In this document: positions 1 to 10,461 of the stretch, piece by piece
Layout: each line of letters starts with the position of its first letter
Position numbering within the stretch: the stretch's first letter is position 1
Source of the DNA: Deltaproteobacteria bacterium
GTDB lineage: Bacteria > Desulfobacterota > Desulfobaccia > Desulfobaccales > 0-14-0-80-60-11
Assembly: GCA_016874975.1 (NCBI GenBank)
Contig: VGSQ01000003.1
Coordinates: 1 to 62,568 of the forward strand
DNA: 62,568 nucleotides
Reading direction: 5' to 3'
Notes under the pieces: model-generated
Database searches by the model: none
The model's input: only the letters and a program-made list of their open reading frames with translations
What the model was told of the DNA's origin: nothing
Position numbers and translations under genes: made by a program

Positions 1-35
1 GCCCGCCTCAGGGCGGATTCCGGATAGAGCTTCAT
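1..35 (-). CDS. N-terminal 11 codons of an unidentified gene running off the left edge
   Basis: Minus-strand ATG at 35-33 preceded by GGGGGAGG (40-47). Reads MKLYPESALRR. Too short to name. Confidence 0.3.
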   Translation of the reverse strand, partial: MKLYPESALRR

Positions 36-281
36 CGCGCCTCCCCCTGGCGCTAGTCTCCGAAATCCGCAAAAGCGGACAATTCATTTGCTATGATTGG
101 CGGTCATATCATTTGCTATCGACAGCATTTTTCCGGCCTGCAACCCCAGGAAAGGCAAATGACGGAAAAACTTTTTCCCCGGGGCGGGGCCGGGAGCCCT
201 CAACTCTCCCACTTCCCCCCGGGTCCCCGGCCCTCCAAAAACCTCTTGTTTCACGCCGCTATTCGTGCCATCTTGCAGGCT

Positions 282-1478
282 ATGCGGGGACGTGCATGGT
301 CAAAACGATATCTCAGAGGCCCGGCGGTTGCGGGGCTGGCGGGGGCCGTCTGCTCCCTGCTTCTGGCCGCCTGCGGCGGGGCGTCTTTGCAGGAGCTGGA
401 CCGGGTCCTGCGCCGCTCCTGGCAGAGCTATACCCGCCACTATCTCTCACCCGAAGGGCGGGTGGTGGTGCCGGAACGGGGCGGCGACACCATTTCCGAG
501 GCCCAGGCTTACGCCCTGCTGCGGGCCGTGTGGGCCGGGGATGCCGACACCTTCGGCCGGGTGTACGCCTGGACTTACGCCCACCTGTCCCGCCGCCAAA
601 GCCACGGCGACCACCTGCTGGCATGGCGCTGGGGCAAAGGCGAGGACGGGGCCGAAAAGATTCTGGACGCCAACACCGCCAGCGACGGCAACCTGGATTA
701 CGCCCTGGCACTCCTGCTGGCGGCCCGGCGGGGCTGGCGGCCGCCCCCGGGCCTGCCCGGCTATGCCGCGGAGGGGGCCCGGATGCAGCGGGACATGCTG
801 GCCAAAGAGGTGGTGACCCTGCCCTCCGGGGAGACGCTGCTGGCCCCGGGCAACTGGCTCGAGGCGGCGCCGCCCCATCTGCTCAATCCCTCCTACTTCT
901 TCCCCTCTGCGTACCGCCTCTTCCAACGGAGCAGCGGCGAGGCCGGCTGGGGGAAGCTGCTGGCTTCCGTTTATCCGGCCCTGACCCGCCTCTCCCAGGG
1001 GGTGGGGGGGGCGCCCGGCGTGGGCCTGTTTCCCGACTGGGTGCTGGTGGACGCCCAAGGGCGCTTTGACCCGGCCCCGGAGTGGGAGGGGGACTATGGC
1101 TGGGAGGCGGTGCGGCTGCCCTGGCGGGTGGCTCTGGACCGAATCTGGTTCGGGGAGAAGCGGGCCGCCACGCTGCTGCAGGAGCGGTTTTACCCTTTCA
1201 TGAAGCAGGAATGGCAGACCAGAGGCAAAATTCTGGCGTTGTACCGCCTGGACGGCCAACCCCTGGCCGACTACGAATCGCCGGTGCTCTACGCCGGGGT
1301 GCTGGCCGCGGCCCTGGCCCTGGAGGATAAGGACTTCGCCCGGCAGATGGCCGAAAAAATCCTGTCCTTCTACCACGAATCAGGCGAAAGGGCCTACTTC
1401 GCCGCGCCGGACAACTACTACGCCGACAACTGGGCCTGGCTGGGACTGGCTCTGTATCACGGCTGGGTGAGGCCGTGA
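282..1478 (+). CDS. Glycoside hydrolase family 8 (endoglucanase, BcsZ-like) lipoprotein
   Basis: ORF 93..1478. GH8 catalytic-region motifs GGDTISEAQAYALL and NTASDGNLDYALAL. Start moved to ATG 282, which yields a lipoprotein signal MRGRAW...LLLAAC/GG. Confidence 0.8.
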   Translation: MRGRAWSKRYLRGPAVAGLAGAVCSLLLAACGGASLQELDRVLRRSWQSYTRHYLSPEGRVVVPERGGDTISEAQAYALLRAVWAGDADTFGRVYAWTYAHLSRRQSHGDHLLAWRWGKGEDGAEKILDANTASDGNLDYALALLLAARRGWRPPPGLPGYAAEGARMQRDMLAKEVVTLPSGETLLAPGNWLEAAPPHLLNPSYFFPSAYRLFQRSSGEAGWGKLLASVYPALTRLSQGVGGAPGVGLFPDWVLVDAQGRFDPAPEWEGDYGWEAVRLPWRVALDRIWFGEKRAATLLQERFYPFMKQEWQTRGKILALYRLDGQPLADYESPVLYAGVLAAALALEDKDFARQMAEKILSFYHESGERAYFAAPDNYYADNWAWLGLALYHGWVRP

Positions 1479-1562
1479 GGGAAACGGATTGAGGGAGGGG
1501 GCCAGGGGCCGACGTACCCCTCCCCCTCCCTCAACCTCCCTCCCCCAACCCCTTAGCTTGGT

Positions 1563-1586
1563 GGGGGCGGTTCGCGAACCGCCCCC
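1563..1586. repeat. 24-nt perfect palindrome GGGGGCGGTTCGCGAACCGCCCCC inside a G/C-tract spacer
   Basis: Read directly. Lies between the convergent GH8 and eno genes. A homologous ~45-nt copy with the same TTCGCGAA core lies at 33765..33783. Confidence 0.85.
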
Positions 1587-1651
1587 AGGCGGGCTGGGAA
1601 GAGAGGAGAGCGGGGGAGCCACTGCTCCTTCGCCCCTCCCCCCACAACCTC

Positions 1652-2974
<1,323 letters not shown>

Positions 2975-3176
2975 TCACGGCTGGGGTGGCATCCTCCCCG
3001 AGCTCGGTAGAAAGTGGACCGCCGCCCCGGCCGTTCTGTCAAGGAGCCGCTGAGGGCGCCTGCTCCATCCTCACCCGGAGGGGGTCACAGAAAAAGTTTG
3101 CCGCTGGGGACCGCCTCCCTTCAGGCCTGCACGCCTCTCCGGCCACCCCATTCTTTCAAATTTTTTCCGGGAGAGC

Positions 3177-3208
3177 AAAAAAAAACCCCGCCTTTTCACA
3201 AGGCGGGG
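3177..3208 (-). terminator. Rho-independent terminator downstream of the poly-Q protein gene
   Basis: Minus strand reads CCCCGCC-(9 nt loop)-GGCGGGG followed by 9 U. Lies 70 nt past the stop at 3279. Confidence 0.75.
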
Positions 3209-3278
3209 CCAAGAGGGTGGCCGGGCGGCAACAGACCGACCGGGCGAAGCCCCAGACCAGTCTGACGCAGCGGAACCG

Positions 3279-5105
3279 CTACTGCTGCTGCTGCTGGTGC
3301 TTCTGTTTTTGCTGCTGCCTTTGTTGCTGTATCTGTTGCTGCTGTTTTCTTAATTGCTGTTGCTGCTGTTGTTGCTGCTGCAACTGCTGTTGCTTGAGCT
3401 GCTGCTGCTGAAGCATTTGCTGTTTTTGCTGCTGCTCCTTGAGCCGCTGCTGTTGCAGCTGCTGTTGTTGCAACCGCTGCTGTTGCAGCTGCTGCTGTTG
3501 CTGTTGCCTGAGCTGCTGCTGCTGAAGCATTTGCTGTTTTTGCTGCTGCTCCTTGAGCCGCTGCTGTTGCAGCTGCTGTTGTTGCAACCGCTGCTGTTGC
3601 TGCTGCTGCAACTGTTGTTGTCTGAGCTGCTGCTGCTGAAGCATTTGCTGTTTTTGCTGCTGCTCCTTGAGCCGCTGCTGTTGCAGCTGCTGTTGTTGCA
3701 ACCGCTGTTGCTGCTGCTGCAACTGCTGCTGCCTGAGCTGCTGCTGCTGTAGCATTTGCTGTTTTTGCTGCTGCTCCTTGAGCCGCTGCTGTTGCTGCTG
3801 CTGCTGTTGCAACCGCTGCTGTTGCTGCTGCTGCAGTTGCTGCTGTTTGAGCTGCTGCTGTTGCAACTGTTGCTGCTTAAGCTGTTGCTGCTGCAACCGC
3901 TGCTGGTCCATCACCGGGGCTGCGCCCGCCGGCTGCCTGGTGACGGGCAAGATGGGTTTGATCTGCCGTCCGGGGGGCAGCTTCTGGATCTGGGTCTGCA
4001 TTCTCGGGTCCAGTTTCATGGTAGCCCGAGGCGGCAGCCCGGCGCCGGGGATGCCCGCGCCCTTCTGCACCCGGGTGATGGTGGCCCGGGGTATCTGGGC
4101 GGTCCAGCGCGGGGCTTCCGCAACGGCCGGCGCCAGGCGCGGGCGCACGATATGTTGCTTTACCAGTTGCAGGTTGGTCACCGGCTGCGCCGCGGGCAAA
4201 GGCTGGCGCGCCACGATGGCGGGCGGCAGCACCTGGCGCAGCCACGGCCGGTTAACCAGGACCTGCTGCGGCGGCACAACGTTGTGAACGTTATAGATGT
4301 TCACCTGCCGCACATAGTTGTTGATCTGCACCACATTCATGCGGTGCCAGCGCGCCACCCAGGGGATGGGCGGACCCCAGTTGTAGATGGGTCGGCCGGC
4401 AACGATGACGCCCGTGGGGTAATAGGTGGGGGCGACAAAATTGTTGATGATGATGGTGCGGGGATAGACCACCGGTAAGTAAGCCGGGGGCGCCAGACAG
4501 CCGCAGCTGATGTAGGTGTAAGTCGGCGCAAAAGGCTGGGCAAAGCCCAACAGGAAACTGGCCGCCCGCACGAAGATGTAGAAAGGAGCGGCGAGGGTGT
4601 CCATGGGAGCCATGCCGGGAGTGTAGCCGCCGGCCGGATAGTAGCTCGCGGGCGGCTGATAGTTGGGCGGCGGAATGGGAGCCCAACCCACGTAGGCAGA
4701 TTCCTCGGGGGTGTTCTCCGGGCTGGTGCGCCAGTTCACCGTGGACGGATACCAGGTGCGGCCCGGCGCCCAGACCCAGCCGTATTCATCGGTGGGCATC
4801 CAGTTGCCGTAATGGTAGGTGGCCCAGGCCCAGGGCTCCTCGGACTCGAAGACGTAACCCTGCTCCGTGGGAACCCAACGTCCGTTCAGGTAGGGCCGCC
4901 AGCCCTCCTCCACGCTGTTGGGATACCACACCGGACCATAATCCCCGTAGTCCACCCAGGTGCCGTACTGGGACAAATCATCGTAAAAAATGGCCGCATC
5001 CTCCGTGGAGGCCTGAGCCGGCCGGGGCGAGAAGGGGGTCCCGCCCAGGAGGAAGAGCAGGCTCAAGGCGGCCAACATCACCGCAAAATGACGCCTCAAT
5101 CTCAT
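3279..5105 (-). CDS. Secreted protein: N-terminal Trp/Tyr/Gly-rich repeat domain, Pro-rich middle, C-terminal poly-glutamine coiled-coil-like repeat region
   Basis: ORF 3279..5228. Start moved to ATG 5105 (RBS AAGGAGAG), giving signal peptide MRLRRHFAVMLAALSLLFLLGG...AQAS. W-rich motifs are YGTWVDYGDYGPVWYP and YGWVWAPGRTWYP. The last ~209 aa are dominated by Q with interspersed L/R/K/E/M. Confidence 0.85.
   Translation of the reverse strand: MRLRRHFAVMLAALSLLFLLGGTPFSPRPAQASTEDAAIFYDDLSQYGTWVDYGDYGPVWYPNSVEEGWRPYLNGRWVPTEQGYVFESEEPWAWATYHYGNWMPTDEYGWVWAPGRTWYPSTVNWRTSPENTPEESAYVGWAPIPPPNYQPPASYYPAGGYTPGMAPMDTLAAPFYIFVRAASFLLGFAQPFAPTYTYISCGCLAPPAYLPVVYPRTIIINNFVAPTYYPTGVIVAGRPIYNWGPPIPWVARWHRMNVVQINNYVRQVNIYNVHNVVPPQQVLVNRPWLRQVLPPAIVARQPLPAAQPVTNLQLVKQHIVRPRLAPAVAEAPRWTAQIPRATITRVQKGAGIPGAGLPPRATMKLDPRMQTQIQKLPPGRQIKPILPVTRQPAGAAPVMDQQRLQQQQLKQQQLQQQQLKQQQLQQQQQQRLQQQQQQQQRLKEQQQKQQMLQQQQLRQQQLQQQQQRLQQQQLQQQRLKEQQQKQQMLQQQQLRQQQLQQQQQQRLQQQQLQQQRLKEQQQKQQMLQQQQLRQQQQQQLQQQRLQQQQLQQQRLKEQQQKQQMLQQQQLKQQQLQQQQQQQQQLRKQQQQIQQQRQQQKQKHQQQQQ
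3282..3909 (-). repeat. In-frame CAG/CAA (plus-strand CTG/TTG) repeat tract with four near-identical 111-114-bp units
   Basis: The landmark AAGCATTTGC recurs at 3411, 3525 and 3639, and as TAGCATTTGC at 3750 (periods 114, 114, 111 nt). Protein unit is approximately QQQRLKEQQQKQQMLQQQQLRQQQLQQQQQQRLQQQQLQ. Confidence 0.9.
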
Positions 5106-5218
5106 AGAACTCTCCTTAGATGACAACAAACTGATGCGATCCTCCTGTGTGGTCCGGCCGTCCCCAGGGCGGGGGCAGAACCGGGCTTGCACTAGCTTAG
5201 ATGGCGCTTGCTGGAAAG

Positions 5219-5246
5219 TTATTAACACGAATTTTTATTCTTTCAA
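5219..5246 (-). promoter_or_regulatory. Sigma-70-like promoter candidate for the poly-Q protein gene
   Basis: Minus strand reads TTGAAA-16 nt-TAATAA in an AT-rich patch about 110 nt upstream of ATG 5105. Confidence 0.4.
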
Positions 5247-5296
5247 GCTCGGAAAAGGGGCCGATCTCTTCACCCCTGGCGGTTCCGCCCCCGGAG

Positions 5297-6391
5297 TCAC
5301 TGGAGTTCCCGCCCCGCCGGGCTGACCCGCATTTTGCCCACTTTGAGGCAGCGCACCTGAGAAGTCAGTCCAGGGTCAAGGGGCGTCCAGATCGTGACGG
5401 CGCCCTCCCGCCAGGGGGAAGGAAACAGGAGGCCCAGGGACAGGGTGCGGTGGAGTTGGTCCTGGAGGCCCAGCAGACGCCATTTGAGGGACGGCCAGGA
5501 GAGGCAGTGGACCGGCGCCGCCGGCGGCGGCAGCGGCGGGGCGAGGACGGGGCTCTTCACCAGGAGCACGGTGCGGGACGGGCTGGTTTCCCCATAAAAG
5601 ACTGGGGTGCCTAATCGCTGCGTCCAGCTCTCCAGGGCAGGACCGTCCAGGGGCGCCCCCCGGCCCCAGGGAAGACCCTGCCAGCGCACCTGGGCCAGCG
5701 GCAGGGTGAGAGGCCGGGCCGGCTCGAAGAAGCGCTGAAAGCGAGCCTCCCGGTTCCAGCGGCGCTCTTCCATGGTTTTCCGCACTGCCCGGGAGGATAC
5801 GGGCAGAAGCATGCACGCCGCCGGGTCGCCGCCGGTGAGGTGGTCCATCAGGGGGGCGAGCTCTCCGCCCCGGGCCAGGGCCAGCAGCAGGCGGGGGCGC
5901 AGCAGCTCCAGTTGAGCCCGTTTCAGCCGCAGGGCCGCACCCCCATAGACAAAGCCGCTGGTGTTCACCACCACCCGGCTCACCCCTTGCTCCTGGGCCC
6001 GGTCCACCAGGACCCGGCAGCCCACCACCACCTCCAGGACGGCCCCGGCGGGGGAGGTCTGACCCACAAAGACCAGGGCATGCGGAAAGATGGGGGCGTC
6101 CCCGGGGAACAGGGGGGGAAAGAGGGCCAATCCCAGGGCGGCGGGCGGGCCCAGGTGCGACTGACCCAGGTCCAGGTCCACCAGGGCCGTCGCCTCTCCA
6201 GCTCGAAAGGCGCGGTCCACCAAGTAGCGGCAGAGGGTGCTCTTGCCCGTATCCCCCGCCCCCAGCACCATTGTAATGCCGCCCCGCTTCAGAAAGAGGC
6301 GGGCGGCTTCCTCCCAGGCCGGCGGAATCTCCAGACCCTGGAGCAAAGGGTCTTGGGCAGGGTGATGGTGGTCCACGCCGCTTCTGCTCAC
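5297..6391 (-). CDS. Clp1/Grc3-family P-loop polynucleotide 5'-kinase-like protein
   Basis: 364 aa. Walker A MVLGAGDTGKSTLCRYL, then ALVDLDLGQS, FVGQTSP and VVVNTSGFV, which match the order of Clp1 P-loop domain motifs. Confidence 0.7.
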   Translation of the reverse strand: MSRSGVDHHHPAQDPLLQGLEIPPAWEEAARLFLKRGGITMVLGAGDTGKSTLCRYLVDRAFRAGEATALVDLDLGQSHLGPPAALGLALFPPLFPGDAPIFPHALVFVGQTSPAGAVLEVVVGCRVLVDRAQEQGVSRVVVNTSGFVYGGAALRLKRAQLELLRPRLLLALARGGELAPLMDHLTGGDPAACMLLPVSSRAVRKTMEERRWNREARFQRFFEPARPLTLPLAQVRWQGLPWGRGAPLDGPALESWTQRLGTPVFYGETSPSRTVLLVKSPVLAPPLPPPAAPVHCLSWPSLKWRLLGLQDQLHRTLSLGLLFPSPWREGAVTIWTPLDPGLTSQVRCLKVGKMRVSPAGRELQ

Positions 6392-6460
6392 GAATTGCGC
6401 ATCAGTGCAGGGGGCCCGTCTCCCTGCCCCCTTCCGCCAAAAAGCATCTTTTCCGCCGTC

Positions 6461-7396
6461 TCAGGCTGTGCCGGACCTGCCATCGACGATGAGACGGGTA
6501 CCTACACAACTCACCATGAAGTTGTCAGGCATGGCCAGGGCCAACCGGGTGAGGGCCCGGAAGCCGGTGCAGTGGCCCGCCAGCACCATTTCCGGGTTCA
6601 GGTCTACCAGCCCGGCGATGGTCTTTTGAATCAGCTCATCGCCGCCGGCCGTGAGGTGGAAGCCGCCCGCCACCGCGGCCACCCGGTCCACGCCGGTGAG
6701 CTTGCGGGCAAATTGCACCATGTTGATGATGCCGGGATGGGAGCAGCCGCCCACCACCACCAGGCCCCGCCCCTTGACGTGCATCACCAGGGGCTGCTCG
6801 TCGGTGAAGGGATCGTTCTCCTCCGCGCCCTCCACCACCCGCTTGGCCCCGGGCAGGCCCTTCTCATAATCGGTGACGCCCTCCACCGTGCCGGTGAGCA
6901 GAGCCTGGCCCAGAACCACGGCCGGCCCCCGGTTTTCATGCAGCTGGGCTCCGTTTTGGACCAGCTCCTCCCGCACCACCTGCCAGGGGCCGACCCGCCC
7001 CCGGGGGGTGATGAGCAGTTTCGGGTGGAAACAGTCCTGGTGCAGGTAAACCGGCAACTGAGGGCGGTGGCGCAGAATTTCCACCAGACCTCCGAAGTGG
7101 TCCGGATGCCCGTGGCTCAAAACCAGGGCGTCCACCTGGCCCAGGTCGTGCTCCAGGGCCTCCAGGTTGTTGAGCAGGGGCAGGGGTGAGTTGGCGGCGT
7201 CCAGCAGGATGCGGGTTTCCCGCCCGTTTTGGGTCATGCCGATCCAAAAGGCCAGGCCGTGGGCGGCCACCAGGGGCTTCTTCAGGCGCCCGGGCACCAC
7301 CCGCTCCACCAAACCAGGGCGGGAGGGTTCAAATACGTCGTAAAAGTTGTCCACCAAGACTTCAACGGTTACCGCGTCGAGAGCAGGAATTTCCAT
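6461..7396 (-). CDS. MBL-fold metallo-hydrolase (COG1237-like)
   Basis: 311 aa. LVLSHGHPDHFGG metallo-beta-lactamase motif, late GGCSHPG and HCTG motifs. Confidence 0.85.
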   Translation of the reverse strand: MEIPALDAVTVEVLVDNFYDVFEPSRPGLVERVVPGRLKKPLVAAHGLAFWIGMTQNGRETRILLDAANSPLPLLNNLEALEHDLGQVDALVLSHGHPDHFGGLVEILRHRPQLPVYLHQDCFHPKLLITPRGRVGPWQVVREELVQNGAQLHENRGPAVVLGQALLTGTVEGVTDYEKGLPGAKRVVEGAEENDPFTDEQPLVMHVKGRGLVVVGGCSHPGIINMVQFARKLTGVDRVAAVAGGFHLTAGGDELIQKTIAGLVDLNPEMVLAGHCTGFRALTRLALAMPDNFMVSCVGTRLIVDGRSGTA

Positions 7397-7696
7397 GGCG
7401 GCCTCCTGGAACGGGAGGATGATGCCCGGCGAGCTTAGCCCTTGTCCGGAGATGTTTCTCCCAGACTATGACCCCTGCATTTTTCTGTCAAGCAGATTGG
7501 CGGGGACCAGGGTGAAAAGAACCTTTTCCGGGGGGAAGTGCCGGAGGGCCGGCGGCCCGTCCAGGCAGGCGCTGAAGACCAAGGGGGGCTTTACGTACAT
7601 CGACGGCAAAACGACCCCCGGCCCTGACCCGGCGCCACGGTGCAGAGCTTTGGTGGGAATGGGCCTGCTTGAACCTTCCTGCCGGCGAAAGTATCC

Positions 7697-8944
7697 CTAC
7701 CGATTCATGGAAGCCAGAAATTCAGCGTTGTTGCGGGTGCCTTTGAGCTTTTCCAGGAGAAATTCCATGCTGTCCACGGGGCTCAGGGGGGACAGCAGCT
7801 TCCGCAGGATCCAGATGCGGTTCAGGTCGTCGGGCGGCAGCAGCAGCTCTTCTTTCCGGGTGCCCGAGGCGTTGATGTTGATGGAGGGGAAGATGCGCTT
7901 CTCGGTGAGCTTCCGGTCCAGGTGAATCTCCATGTTGCCGGTGCCCTTGAATTCCTCAAAGATGACTTCGTCCATGCGGCTGCCCGTGTCCACCAGGGCG
8001 GTGGCGATGATGGTGAGGCTGCCCCCCTCTTCGATGTTGCGGGCCGCGCCGAAAAAGCGCTTGGGCCGCTGCAGGGCGTTGGCGTCCAGGCCGCCCGAAA
8101 GGATCTTGCCGCTGGCCGGCACCACCGTGTTGTAGGCCCGGGCCAGGCGGGTGATGGAGTCCAGCAGGATGACCACGTCCCGCTTGTGCTCCACCAGGCG
8201 CTTGGCCTTCTCCAGCACCATCTCCGCCACCTGGATGTGCCGTTGGGGCGGCTCGTCAAAGGTGGAGCTGATGACCTCGGCCCTGACGCTGCGCTCCATG
8301 TCCGTCACTTCTTCCGGGCGCTCGTCGATGAGCAGCACGATGAGCACCACCTCTTCGTGGTTGCGGGCGATGCTGTTGGCGATGTTTTGCAGCAGCATGG
8401 TCTTGCCGGTGCGGGGGGCGGCGACGATAAGGCCCCGCTGGCCCGTGCCGATGGGGGTCATCAGGTCCATCACCCGGGCCGAAAAATTGTCCGCATCGGT
8501 TTCCAGCTTGAGACGCCGGTCGGGATAGAGGGGCGTTAGGTTGTCGAAAAGGATCTTGTCCCGGGCCAGGGCCGGGTCTTCATAATTGACCGTCTCCACC
8601 TTGAGCAGGGCGAAGTAGCGCTCCCCCTCCTTGGGCGGCCGGATCTGCCCGGCGATGGTGTCGCCGGTGCGCAGGTTGAAGCGGCGGATCTGCGACGGCG
8701 AAACGTAGATGTCGTCGGGCCCGGGCAAATAATTGTAATCCGGGGCGCGCAGAAACCCGAAGCCGTCCGGCAAAATCTCCAACACCCCGCCCCCGGAAAT
8801 GACGCCGTTCTTTTCCACCTGGGCCTGCAGGATGGCGAAGATGAGTTCCTGCTTGCGAAGACCGCTGGCCCCTTCCACGTTCAGGTCCCGGGCCAGGGCC
8901 GCCAGTTCGTTGATTCTCTTGTGTTTCAATTCCGACAGATTCAT
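7697..8944 (-). CDS. rho: Transcription termination factor Rho
   Basis: 415 aa. Rho N-terminal domain [21 protein letters not shown], Walker A AAPRTGKT, full length. Confidence 0.97.
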   Translation of the reverse strand: MNLSELKHKRINELAALARDLNVEGASGLRKQELIFAILQAQVEKNGVISGGGVLEILPDGFGFLRAPDYNYLPGPDDIYVSPSQIRRFNLRTGDTIAGQIRPPKEGERYFALLKVETVNYEDPALARDKILFDNLTPLYPDRRLKLETDADNFSARVMDLMTPIGTGQRGLIVAAPRTGKTMLLQNIANSIARNHEEVVLIVLLIDERPEEVTDMERSVRAEVISSTFDEPPQRHIQVAEMVLEKAKRLVEHKRDVVILLDSITRLARAYNTVVPASGKILSGGLDANALQRPKRFFGAARNIEEGGSLTIIATALVDTGSRMDEVIFEEFKGTGNMEIHLDRKLTEKRIFPSININASGTRKEELLLPPDDLNRIWILRKLLSPLSPVDSMEFLLEKLKGTRNNAEFLASMNR

Positions 8945-9153
8945 AATTGCCTCGTAATGCGCGACGGGGGATTGGCGGATAAGGTGCCCAATGCGCCGGG
9001 CCGCGCCCGTACTATGGTTTCGGCTGGATCACGTAATCAAGGGCAGGGCCTGATCGTTATCGGGGGTCGCCATTTAAAGCCGCGTCAAAGCTAACCGTTT
9101 GGAAAAGGTTGCTACGTATGATTTCCAGGGGAAGGTAAGGGATTCTGCATGTA

Positions 9154-9825
9154 CTATTGTTTCGGCCCGAGACCGACGTTACTTGAGGAGAGATTCCCAG
9201 GAACGCTATCCTTTTTCTTTTCCCTTGTCAACAATTTTCGGAGGTCCCTCCAGATGTTTTCCACCTGGCGGCGGGTGTCCGCCTCCGCACCCCGGTTGTC
9301 CACCACGTAGTCGGCCCGGTCGCGCTTTTCGGTCAGGGGCCACTGGGCCGCCAGGATGCCGGCGATCTCCTCCGGGGGCCGCCGGTCCCGGGCGGCCAGG
9401 CGCGCTTCCTGGTCCTCGGGCCCGGCATAGACCACGATGACCCGGTCATAGGCGCCCTCCAGACCCACCTCAAAGAGCAGCGGCACTTCCACGATGACCA
9501 AGCCGACGCCCTGGGCCGCCAGTTCGGCGAGCCGCCGGGCCAAATAATGGGTCACCGCGGGATGGAGGATGGCGTTCAGGCGCCGCCGGGCTTCGTGGTC
9601 GGCAAAGGCCAGGCGGGCCAGGCGCGGCCGGTCCAGCTCCCCGTCTTTTGTAAAATACTCCGTCCCGAACTCCCGGCGCAACCCCTCCCAGGCGGGCTCC
9701 CCCACCCGCACCACCTCCCGGGCGGCCCGGTCCGCGTCCAGGACCACGGCCCCCAACTGGGCCAACATGCGGGCCACGGTGGATTTGCCGGAACCCGCGC
9801 CCCCGGTGAGAGCGATTTTTAACAC
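9154..9825 (-). CDS. coaE: Dephospho-CoA kinase
   Basis: (GTG)LKIALTGGAGSGKSTVARML P-loop, ~200-aa CoaE core plus a short basic tail. Confidence 0.9.
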   Translation of the reverse strand: MLKIALTGGAGSGKSTVARMLAQLGAVVLDADRAAREVVRVGEPAWEGLRREFGTEYFTKDGELDRPRLARLAFADHEARRRLNAILHPAVTHYLARRLAELAAQGVGLVIVEVPLLFEVGLEGAYDRVIVVYAGPEDQEARLAARDRRPPEEIAGILAAQWPLTEKRDRADYVVDNRGAEADTRRQVENIWRDLRKLLTREKKKDSVPGNLSSSNVGLGPKQ

Positions 9826-9902
9826 GACTTCATTTCACGTTTTCCAAGGCGGCGATGGTAAGGCTGGACCAATGGATGAGGATGTCGTTTATTTCCCTTC
9901 AT

Positions 9903-10310
9903 TCATGGGATAACCAACTGAATATTAACCTCGAATTTCTTTTCAAACAATTGTGGAACTCTCTCCCTAAATTCTTCATCCGTTAACGCACCACCATATT
10001 CTAAAACATGCCAATTTCCTCTCGATTTTTTTAAAATGTAAATGGCGCCTTCCGCCATATTCTGATACTCTTTTTTCATCTGTGAGTAAACCCTGGCATA
10101 ATCATTATATTTATGAGTCCAAATAAGTGTACAATGTTTTTTAAGCCAAGCAATTTCGTCAGAAGGAGACTTCCTGTTTTTATGAAACAATTCTATAGCG
10201 TTCCAAATTTCCTTGGCCTCCATATTGTTATTACTTTGGGCCTGAATGAGAGAATTAAGAAAAAGTAAGCAGAATAAAGCTATCACCATCGTCATCCTGA
10301 ACACATACAT
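9903..10310 (-). CDS. Hypothetical secreted protein in an AT-rich islet
   Basis: 135-aa ORF with hydrophobic signal MTMVIALFCLLFLNSLIQA. Codon usage and base composition differ sharply from the neighbours. No recognisable family. Confidence 0.55.
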   Translation of the reverse strand: MYVFRMTMVIALFCLLFLNSLIQAQSNNNMEAKEIWNAIELFHKNRKSPSDEIAWLKKHCTLIWTHKYNDYARVYSQMKKEYQNMAEGAIYILKKSRGNWHVLEYGGALTDEEFRERVPQLFEKKFEVNIQLVIP

Positions 10311-10351
10311 ATCCTTGCTCCTTTGAGATTACTCGAATTTTTCTCATCCTC

Positions 10352-10374
10352 GTTCCCAAGTTGTACTTGGGAAC
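10352..10374. repeat. GTTCCCAAG-loop-CTTGGGAAC hairpin element (family copy)
   Basis: GTTCCCAAGTTGTACTTGGGAAC read directly. Borders the AT-rich islet. Confidence 0.8.
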
Positions 10375-10461
10375 GCAATTTTCGGCCCAGGCTCTGCTTG
10401 GGCACATCTGGAGAGCAGGCAATATCTTCGGACATATCGGGATTTTCTCTCTGTTCCCAAC

